Assembly (NCBI GenBank): GCA_964019425.1
Contig: OZ025784.1
Span: 1,488,001 to 1,552,000 of the forward strand
Origin: Flectonema sp. DT1601
Lineage: Eukaryota
Direction: 5' to 3'
Length of the DNA stretch: 64,000 bases
The position numbers and the translations under genes were made by a program. A model generated the notes under the pieces. It saw only the letters and a program-made list of their open reading frames with translations. It searched no databases and was not told the DNA's origin. Shown here one piece after another: positions 10,017 to 19,428 of the stretch; the stretch's first letter is position 1, and the number at the start of each line of letters is the position of its first letter.

Positions 10017-12230
10017 ATACTGCTCTCTTTCGACTTCACTGAGGCTTTTGATAGGATAAATCATGTTAAACTGATTGCTAAAATGGTGGCGATGGGGATT
10101 CCTTCACCATTCATCGGATGGGTCGCTAACTTTCTGACGCGAAGGAAGGCAAAGGTTAGTGTCAATGGCAATCTGAGCGCATACAGAACTGTGACGAAAG
10201 GTGTTCCGCAAGGGTCGATTGTTGGGCCTCTCCTTTATCTGATATATGTCGACGACCTGGCTAAGAAACTTGAGAAGACTGGATGTGTTTCAGCACTCTA
10301 CGCAGACGACACAGCTTGTGTGGTTTCGAATAAGGATTTTAAAGTAACTTACCGGATGGCGCAATTAGTCCTTGGGTTAGTAGATCGTTGGTGCAAAGAT
10401 AATGACATGGCACTGTCGGTTTCGAAGACCTGCGGGATGCCGGTGGACTGTCCTAGGAATATGTATTGGAGGCTGGGATTCCCCAGAACGTCAGGAGAGA
10501 ACCTCTTTCGGATCAGTAGGGAGGAACTGGCTGGGATGATTCGGTCAAATGAAGAAGGTAGGCCATTACTTGGAAATGGGGCGATGATCCTCAAGCTGGG
10601 TGATACAGAGGTTACGAAGGCAAGTGAACTTCTTGAATTGATGCCAGTGGGTCCGGATCCGACCTGGGTGAAGTTGCTGACTGCAGTACTCATGCCGATG
10701 GTGGATAGTGTAAAGTACTTGGGTGTCCATATTGACGATGACCTTACATCTGGTACACAAGTGGATAAACTAATGGATGAGACGAGGAAGGGACTTGTAC
10801 TGCTTCGAAAGTTGGAGCAATTCAACTTTGATTTCAAAACGCTGAACATGATCAAGAACTTATACATCCTCTCAAGGATTCTGTATGGGCTTGAGAGCTA
10901 TGGACCTTTCTTGACAGATGAACAGCTAAAACCTATTGACCTGAATCTGAGGAAGATAGCTAGAAAGATCACCGGCTGCGGCTTCAACACAAGGTCCCTT
11001 CCGTTACTGTGGGAGGCGAACATACTCCCGATGAGACTGCAGAGAAGCAAGCCAGGATAGCTTTGTTCAGGTATCGATCACTGGATTGGGTTCCTTCTAC
11101 GAAGGGAATCGCTAGTGGAACTTGGAGTTCAACTTTACCGGCCGAGGACCGAAATATGGAGATCCAGGGGATTGTCATGCCTGACAGCATCGAGCCATGG
11201 ATAGATGTTCCGAACCTGGAGATATCTTGCGGATATGGACATTCGAAGACCGGTGTTGCTGAAGTGGACAAGGCTAAGTTCGAGGAGTACTGCAGCGAAC
11301 TAAGGCCGTGTACCTCGTCCATTTTTGTTGACGGATCCCACGACCCTGTCAACTACACGGCAGGCGCAGCAGCAGTGCAGATCACGCCGTGCGAACGGAC
11401 CATGGCATCGAGACTTGTTGCAACGGAAAGTAGTTATAAAGCTGAACAGGTAACTCTGAAGCTGTTAATAAGTGAATTTGGAAAAGCAACCTCTGTCTTG
11501 TGTCCCAGATCTGGAATCACGAGAGTCTTCAGTGATTCTAAATCCAATCTGGATGAGCTGCGTGGTGGAATTGCGGCTCAGAGGAAGCTGAACTCTCTCT
11601 CGATACTAGAAGGGATAAGAAAATTGGACTCATTCGTACACCTTCAATTCATCCCAGCTCATGTGGGAATTGAACCGCATGACAAGGCGCAATGATGTCT
11701 TCAATGTTGATGTTCGAAATGTCGATGTTTTAATAACACTACCATCCTAATAATCGTGCCAGGCTGTCTAAGGTTGTGACAAAACCAGTCATCTGCTGTT
11801 GATTCGCAGGTAAGTAGCAGTCCTCCAGCTGACATTCCTCCCTTGTCATTCATCATGTGACTGATATTTTTTCTCTCAAGATTTCTACACCAATGTTTGC
11901 ATAAAAATAATGCCCGATGTGGTGTCGCCTTTCCAAGTTTACAGACAAAGCACAGCTCGTTCAGTCCTTTGATCATCAGAGATCTGCAATGTCCCACCCT
12001 AAAGCGTGACATCAGTACTTCCTCTGGTCGGCACACAGAAACGTGCGGTTCAATGAAGTAGCGGACCAGCTGGCGAATTTCGCTGCAGGCCTGAAGGAAG
12101 ATCCATCCCACAAAGATGTTATTATTAAGCCACTGCTCACTCAACTTGACATGGGAATATTGATGACGTTCCACAAGCGGAGAAAACGGGAGAACTGGAT
12201 CGGACCAGGAGAGGTAAGACACCCTCCGTA
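10017..12230 (+). mobile_element. 5'-truncated non-LTR retrotransposon (RT plus RNase H, ingi/I-like), frameshifted and internally rearranged
   Basis: RT motifs DFTEAFD, GVPQGS, YADD and KYLGV. Frameshift near 11040. RNase H motifs FVDGS, FSDS and QFIPAHVG; the domain resumes at 12046 as NEVADQLA. Confidence 0.9.
11680..12043 (-). mobile_element. Inverted C-terminal (Zn-knuckle) segment of a LINE ORF
   Basis: EEVLMSRFRVGH...CFVCK...HRALFLC matches the RxRxGH...CxxC...H...C tail of RNase H-type LINEs. Confidence 0.75.
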
Positions 12231-12244
12231 CATCGAAGTTCTAA

Positions 12245-14656
12245 CACGGTACATACTGCATGTTGACTTGGATTCCCTTCTTCTCCAGTTTCATTGCCAA
12301 CTTCCAGATCTTTTTGTTCATTGGAGACCTTTATTTATATGACTCTTGTTCCATGCCTGCATAACTGACATCGAATCAGTCATCCTCCGCCACCTGAACT
12401 AAATTTTCCAACGCCAGTTTTACTGCAATCTGCTCGGTCCGCTACTGGTATTTTATATCCAAGTAGACGTATCTTGCTTCGTTAACCATGACCACAGCGG
12501 CAGCCGAGTTTGTCATGTAAGTCTCGGATTTGTGCCTTATCGACCCATCAGTGTAGACTTTCATCTCGTGAGTTGGTAATTCAGTTTCTCGCTGTTCAGC
12601 CTCTTCCTTGTTGCTTGAATATGTGAATCTCATCGCATTAGTACTTTTCCATGGAGGGAGAGTGTAGTGTTCTGGGTTCACTTCCAGGTTGGCAATGCTC
12701 CGGTACTTGTCAAGGCCAGGGACACCAGAGACATAGTCTATCCAGACATTCCATCCCCATTTTGATTTTTGGTATAATTCTGAACTCCCTGTTCTCGTCA
12801 GCTTGCGAGTCGGTAGGAACGGACTCAATTTGAAACGTTCATAAGTTCTACACATCTTATACTGGATGTGTTCCTTTAGTCTTGGCGTGTCGGCTTCTTT
12901 GTAAAGTCTCTGTAGTTTGGTGCTCCGCAGACATCCAGTTACCAGCTTCACTGCCCTGTTTACCAGTAATTCCAGTTGTTCGAAGCACTCTTTTGGTAGC
13001 ATCCAAGCAAAGCTTTCAACACCATAAAGCACCCTTGCCAACACCACCATCACTAGTATACTGATGAGTGTCCTCCTTCTACAGCCTATCCTGGTGAGTC
13101 TAACCAACAAGCCTAGACCCTTGGAAGCAGCTGTCATCATCTTTTGAATTTGCGACTTAAAGGTTAACTTCTCGTCATAATGTACACCCAGATACCGCAC
13201 GGTATTCGTCTTGTGAACTTTTCGTCCAACCGCATAGGCAAATCCGTGTAATCCGGGTCCCACTCTTTCCAGCATCTTATCTATTTCTGCCTTGTTGTGG
13301 ACCTTCTTCAGTTGTGAGAAGCTGGCACTCATCTTCATTGTTTTCAGTACCGTCGGTTTGTTCGGTAGCTTGACTTTGATCTTATGTTTTGGAACGACAT
13401 ACAGGTGAGTGATGGCGAATTCTTCTTTTGAAACTACAGTTGTTGAGTTATCATCCTTCACAAGGTTACTCAATTGTTCTGTCGTGGCCACCACATATTT
13501 AAATGTGTGTTCCTCAGAGTATACCACTACTGGGGACTTGTCATGAGTTCCACTTGGCCTCACGTGGATGTATTCCGTCTTGCCAGGGTTCTTATTGATT
13601 TTGATGTGTGAGTCAAGTGCCCACCTTTCAAATATTTTGACTGCGTTGTTAACCTTGTTTTCTAAACAGCTGACAGTCCCCGCGGTTATTACTATTCCAA
13701 CATCATCTGCAAAGACAGTCGGTTCGTACATCTCTAGTTTATCTATCAAATCGTTTAGAAAATAACTGGGGTCCCAGCACGCTTCCTTGTGGCACTCCTA
13801 CTCGAATGTTCCGGAATGCTCCCTTCACTCCATTCACCCTTGTTGAAATCTTCCTACTAGTCAAGTAGTTTTGAACCCACCGTAGATATTTCGTTGGTAG
13901 TCCTATTTTGGACATCTTATTCAGAAGAGTTACCGGTTGAACTGCATCGAAGGCTTTTTGTAGGTCGAAGGTGATTAATATCGCTTCTTCTCCCATTGCC
14001 TTGGCACTTTTGAGTTTGTCTGTAACTATACAGAGATTTTCAATGGAATCCCGTCCTCGTTTGTAGGCTGCTTGCCTCGGATTCATTCTGTCTTTCAGCA
14101 GGTTGTGCATCCGTTCTACGACCATTATTTCAAAGAGTTTCGAGACGGTCGAGGTTAGTGCTATCGGTCTGTACGATAAGACTTGTTTCTTGTCTTTATC
14201 AGGTTTCAGTATGGGTATTACCATTCCACTTTTCCAGCACCTGGGTACTGCTGATCGTTGCCATGAGAGGTTGAATAGTCTTAGTAGTTGCTCGAGGAAA
14301 GCTTTTGGAAGTTGTTTTAACATCGAGTTCCAGATATGGTCAGGTCCGGGTGCCTTCTTCTCCTTTGTTTTTGAAATTTGTCGTTTCAGTTCAGGCATTC
14401 CAAATTCCACCGAGTTATCATCAGGTATTCCTTGTAAGGTTAGTTCACCGTCTTCGAATTTGAATTGGTCTGCGTATGTTTTGGTGAAGACATCTGCCAT
14501 CTCCCTCGGGTCGGTTAATTCCTTCTCACCGTCGACAATCTTAGTAATTGAATGGTCCATCATTCTACCTTCCAGTTGCTCAACTTTTTTGTTTTTTTCT
14601 CCTTCAAATTTCTCTTGAGGGCAGGCCTTCGGGCTGTTCAAGTGGTCTTTGACCAC
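12245..14656 (-). mobile_element. Non-LTR retrotransposon fragment (RT plus partial RNase H), frameshifted
   Basis: KAPGPD, WKSGMVIPILKPDK, SYRPIALTS, DLQKAFD, GVPQGSVLGP, then a frameshift near 13745, FADD, RYLGV and YTDGS. Degraded RNase H runs to QYVPC near 12245. Confidence 0.92.
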
Positions 14657-14660
14657 CGCT

Positions 14661-15112
14661 CTAGTTATATGCTCGATTCTTTGTTTTCCTTATCGATGGT
14701 AGGAATGGTAACCGAATTAGCTTCATGTGTCCAATTTCAAGGACGCGTGACCATTTATTTTTCCGTTGCCGCTCTTCTTACGTCATCAGGCGGAGCCTAC
14801 CTATGTTTCCTGTGTTTTTCCAATTTGTCAGACTTAAGTCAAAAAGAAAGTATAAAAGAAAGACAAAACATAGAAGTGAAAAGAACAAAAACAAAGAGTC
14901 TGGAAGCACAGTCGAGTGTAACCAAAAAAAGAATAAATAAAAGAAAGTGCTCTTCCGACGTCCTCAAGAGGAGCCTACCATGTTTCCCATGTTTCTTGTC
15001 AGACATTAACCAAAAGAAAGTGAAAAAGAAAGGCAAACATTGAAGTGAAAACAACAATGAACAAAGAAGACGGTTGCACCCAGGAGTGTAACCAGAAAAA
15101 AAAAAAAAAAAA
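14661..15112 (+). mobile_element. Retroelement 3'-UTR-like sequence with A-rich tail; one longer and one partial tandem copy
   Basis: Both copies end in gagtgtaacca plus an A-run (near 14930 and 15112). Homologous in inverted orientation to 18980-19272. Confidence 0.65.
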
Positions 15113-15975
15113 GTTTTTTTATTTATTTATTTAGTCACACCCCCTGTCTTTCCACTTTATTTTTCTTAATTCTGAGCATGCATGCCCTTCTTATTTTGAT
15201 AAAGTAAACAAGTAAAAACAAGCGCAACTGTCCTGAGTCCGTTGGAGGACTTCCCCGGATAGGAATCTCAAGACACAGTTAATATAAAGCGAAGGATCAG
15301 TACAGGGACGGTGGCCAAAGACCACTGGGTTACCTACGAGCCATGAAGCTCTGCGGATGTCCTCAGAGAAATTAGGAGATGATTAAGGAGTGTGATAAGG
15401 GAGAATGATACTAATGAATTAGCAAACACCAATCAGTTAACAGTTTGATAAGCCTGTCCGTTGTTCCAAATGCCACAAGTAGCTGGCTAGGGCGTGAAGA
15501 TTTCTCGTCGCAAACATTATTGAAAGATTTAGCTTGGTCTCGGAGATTCTCGCTTCCTGAATGTTTGATCTAATTGTCCCTTCTCTAATGCGGACCACGT
15601 CACCATCCTCGCAATCAAATATTAGATGTCTGGCAGTAGAGTCTGTTCTTTTGCAGAAGGGGCACTTTATCGGTAGTTCATTTACCCTGAGCAGGGGTGA
15701 GCCCGTTCTGAACCTGGCTATCCTGATCTCTGATTCTCTCAGCATGTCCTTGGGGTATCGAGCCGCTCTCAGGCCTCCGGTAGCATCAAGATACTGCCTA
15801 AGCATCACCCGTTTGATCGGTGGTTTCGCCCTTGCTGAACCCTCCATAATCTTACCAAACAGCTTTCTGTTAGCTTCCCTCACTATCCTTGACTTATGTG
15901 CGAAGAAGTCCATAGTCGTTGACACCGGCTTGCTCTTAACATCTTTCGAAATCTTTTTCGCCAGTTCATCTACTC
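15113..15975 (-). mobile_element. LINE 3' end: RNase H tail, CCHC knuckle, structured 3' UTR and (TAAA)n/A tail
   Basis: VDELAKK...IARFRTG...CPFCKRTDSTARHLIFDC, stop at 15437. The minus strand ends ggggtgtgactaaataaataaataaaaaaa. Confidence 0.8.
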
Positions 15976-16191
15976 ATCTGAAGACGTCCAAGTAGACAAT
16001 TTATTCTGTCGTATTAGTTTTAAGTTATCGAAACAAAAAAAAGAAAATACGGAGCCTACGGGATTCCCACCCCCAACCCCCACAACAAAGAAAGTAAGAA
16101 AGAAAGAAAAAGAACAACCGCGCCTAACAGCGCAAACAGCATCACAGACTCACGGGTCGTGGTGCACTCTGCTTCAGAACCCCCCATCTCA

Positions 16192-18006
16192 ATAGGTTGG
16201 GACTAAATTGTGCGACAAAAAAAAAACAAGTTTGTTTGAAGAAACATGTTTTAAACGTTTGTTAATCTCATCATACTCCAAGCCATTCATCATCATATTT
16301 CGTAGGTTACTCAGGTGAGTTAAAATGCAACTCTCGGTTACGTTCCCAGACACAGGATTTCCTGACGTTGTTTTCACAGCCACTGGAGAGTCGCTCGTGA
16401 AGGATGCATTGCAGGTTGCAGCTGATGAGTGGGGTACCGATGCTGACTTTCTTGAACTTTCTCTCGCAGGATCGCGGCTTGCAGCAAGTAGTCGACTGGT
16501 GTCGTACGGAATGGAAGACGGCTCGCTGTTGGATGCATCGGTAATACACTTGTTTGGGTTGGAATGGTTCACAGATGCTGCAAAGAGAGAGAAGGCATTC
16601 CTACAAGGTGAACGTGATCAGGACGGGTTTTTCTGCCTTGATACTCCCACATTCGCTGTGGATGGCTGTCTTCAGTTTAATAACAGTGAGTGGTTCTCGG
16701 ATGATGTTACGAACGTCTCTTTCAGCAACTCAGAACCCTCAGTCACGACCGTTTCAGATAAATTCTTAATTCGATTAAATGAGGTTACAAAGGTCAGTCT
16801 ACCTGGTCTTCAATACGTCACATCTGTTGGTAATGATTTCCTCCAAGATTGCAGATCACTGACATCCGTAGACTTATCAAGTCTAAGAAATGTTACAGCT
16901 GTTGGAAACGGTTTTCTATATGGTTGTTCAGCCCTCACATCTGTTGACTTATCGAGTTTCAGCAATCTATCAACTGTTGGAAACGGTTTTCTATATATTT
17001 GTTTATCCCTCACATTTGTAGACTTATCAGGTCTCAGCAATCTTTCAACTGTTGGAGACAATTTTCTAAGTGAATGTTCATCCCTCACATCTGTTGAATT
17101 ATCAAGTCTCAGTAATGTTTCAGTTGTTGGAAATGATTTTCTGCATCATTGTAAATCCCTCAAATCTGTTGACTTATCAAGTCTCAGCAATGTTTCACTT
17201 ATTGAAAACACTTTTCTAAATTATTGTTCGTCCCTCACTTCTCTGGACTTATCTTGTCTCAGTAATGTTTCTACTGTTGGAAACTGTTTTCTATATTATT
17301 GTTCATCCCTCACATCTGTTAACTTATCGAGTTTCAGTAATGTTTCTACTGTTGGAGACAATTTTCTAACTGAATGTTCATCTCTCACCTCTGTTGACTT
17401 ATCAAGTCTCAACAATGTTTCAGTTGTTGGCAAGTATTTCCTAAGTAGTTGTTCATCACTTGCTTCCTTGGATTTAACCCTCATGAATGTGGAATCTGTT
17501 GGAAGTAATTTCCTATATGCTTGTTCATCCATTAAGAGAGACGAACTGCATACGAGCATAAAGGATTTGAAATGACATAAATCACATCAGTGTTGTTTTT
17601 AGTGTGTGTGCGTTGTTCCCTTTGTTTTGTTTTGAGGTATTTAGTTTTATCTTTTATTTGATGGTGTTTTCAGAAAAGAAGATGTGTGTTCGCTCACACT
17701 CTTAACAAGTGTTTGTTAGTTGGAATTGAATATTTGATTGCATTGCAGTGTTCTTATTCCCTTGACTGGGTCATATTCTATCAGACTCCCAACCCCATTT
17801 GATATTCCCCACCCGCCCTTCCCCCGCCGGTGTCTGGTCGAATCGAAACAGGCCTGGCACAATCCCTGCGTGGAAGTAATCTGCGCCCATTAACAGTGTA
17901 GATACTTCTTTGTATTGATCTCAGCTAATGAGTTATTCTCTTATCATATTTCCTTCTCAGGTGCAAACAGTGATTGAAAGCTAATTACCGAATTGTTCTG
18001 TTTTTC
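16192..18006 (+). repeat. Segmental duplication copy B
   Basis: Direct copy of 6654-8362. Confidence 0.9.
16325..17575 (+). CDS. Ubiquitin-like plus ~11 x 25-aa LRR protein, paralog 3 (416 aa)
   Basis: First ~145 aa are identical to paralog 2. One extra 25-aa repeat. Intact ORF. Confidence 0.88.
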   Translation: MQLSVTFPDTGFPDVVFTATGESLVKDALQVAADEWGTDADFLELSLAGSRLAASSRLVSYGMEDGSLLDASVIHLFGLEWFTDAAKREKAFLQGERDQDGFFCLDTPTFAVDGCLQFNNSEWFSDDVTNVSFSNSEPSVTTVSDKFLIRLNEVTKVSLPGLQYVTSVGNDFLQDCRSLTSVDLSSLRNVTAVGNGFLYGCSALTSVDLSSFSNLSTVGNGFLYICLSLTFVDLSGLSNLSTVGDNFLSECSSLTSVELSSLSNVSVVGNDFLHHCKSLKSVDLSSLSNVSLIENTFLNYCSSLTSLDLSCLSNVSTVGNCFLYYCSSLTSVNLSSFSNVSTVGDNFLTECSSLTSVDLSSLNNVSVVGKYFLSSCSSLASLDLTLMNVESVGSNFLYACSSIKRDELHTSIKDLK

Positions 18007-18102
18007 GACATGGTCGGCGGGATCGTCACTGTGTTGCCACTTCAGTTCTCTGCATTCAGGTTGCGGAATGTTCACGCATTCCCTTTCGGCAAAGCCGCAC
18101 AG
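18006..18102 (-). pseudogene. LSU (28S-type) rRNA fragment
   Basis: Minus strand CCGAAAGGGAATGCGTGAACATTCCGCAACCTG...GTGGCAACAC parallels the conserved LSU motif CGAAAGGGAAUCCGGUUAAGAUUCCGGAACC...GGUAAC. Confidence 0.6.
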
Positions 18103-18149
18103 GTATCGATTGTGACTTAGGTAGACCGTCTCTTTGTACCTTCAAGTTT

Positions 18150-18832
18150 AAATAGTTTGCCGCATTTTCAAGGCATGTTGCTCAGTTCTGTAGCTGCAAT
18201 CCGCACGTACTAGTCTGATCATGTGAGCATATTCTTTCCGTCTAGTGACTTGGCAATGAGAGCCGCTGCTGACGCTCCCGAGGCGGAGTATGAACCGTCG
18301 AAGTTGATCACCATGTCCATCGGAGGAAGTGGCGCATTGCAAGTAAGGAATATCTCTCTGTCCACTGAGATTACATAAACCCGCAGCTGTTGCTGATTTG
18401 CACATTGTTTGAGGCAATCCAAGGTTTGATAGAATCAGGTTGTACGAGCCCCACGCTTTCTAGCTGACTTTCAGTACGGGGAATGAGGCCAGCCCAGAAG
18501 CTTCGAGGCGATGCAAGTGAGTTAGTGCCGGGTTGTATCTGAAATTGGCAATTTCCGTCTACTTTTTCGATCTGTCTTTTAGAAGGCAACATGTCGGCTT
18601 CCCAAAGGAGCAATTCCCTCGGAGTACATTTACTACATCCTGTTACAAGTCTCGCAATCTTCCGCATCTCGACGTCGATCTTGAGAGTCTTGTAATCCGA
18701 TCCATACGGCTGGAGGCACTGCAGAAGGGAGATCCCTTTCTTCAGCTCGTCGTGTATTTTCTCTAACTGTTTATCAAACCTGAGCCTGTTATCAATGTGT
18801 ACACCCAGATATTTCACTGAGTCCATGATTGA
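18150..18832 (-). mobile_element. Degraded LINE fragment related to the element at 10017
   Basis: MDSVKYLGVHID, LVTGCSK, LLWEADMLP and PDSIKPWI; RNase H motifs NFDGS and SYRTE. Multiple frameshifts. Confidence 0.8.
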
Positions 18833-18979
18833 CAATAGGAAGGCAATTGTGATATCAGGAGACAAGTTGCTGAACGTAAAAAAGAACTACTCCGTTCTTC
18901 CAGAGAAAACCTTTTCTTTCCTTCCTTTCTGAGCATACTCGCTCTTATCAGAAACTTTTTATTATAGAGCAAATAAAAG

Positions 18980-19272
18980 GTTCTTTTCTTGGTTACACTC
19001 GTCTGTACTTCCGCGTTCTTTGTTTTTGTTCTTTTCATTTCTATGTTTGTATTTCTTTTATACTTTCTTTTGATTTAAGTCCGAGCTTGGGCGTGAGACT
19101 CCTCAGAATCCATTGATTTTAAGTCTGACAATTGAAAAACACGGGAAGCCCTCCTGAGGACGTCAGAAGAGCGGCAACGGAAATGAAATAATAGTCACGC
19201 ATCCCTAAATAGGACGCACGAAGCTCATTCGGCTACCATCGTTGAGGAAAATAAAGAGTCCAGCATATAAGA
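18980..19272 (-). mobile_element. Inverted copy of the 3'-UTR-like element at 14661-14935
   Basis: Shared ttccgttgccgctcttct, gtcagacttaa, aaaagaaagtataaaagaaa and cgagtgtaacca on the minus strand. Confidence 0.7.
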
Positions 19273-19428
19273 GCACGAAAGCTTTCATCACCGGCTTTTT
19301 TATTATTTAATCTAGGAAGGAAATGTATTTAGTTCTTCGTTGCTCTGCGTTAGTTTCTTCTGCAGACAAACTCTAAGAGTGAGAAACGATATAATATTTT
19401 ACATACAGTCAAATGTCACGTAAGTAAA

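Noticed and set aside
11035..11060. Programmed frameshift between the RT and RNase H ORFs
   Set aside because: No slippery heptamer, and neighbouring copies show random decay, so a simple indel is more likely.
9969..14656. RT genes as DGR, retron or group II intron RTs serving the LRR genes
   Set aside because: The motifs, RNase H and CCHC tail identify them as LINE-type. They are broken, and no template repeat is visible.
19150..19200. CTGAGGA-cgt...acg-GAAA hammerhead-like core (also on the minus strand near 14760-14790)
   Set aside because: Stems I and III and the cleavage triplet cannot be formed consistently, and it is antisense to the element's A-tail.
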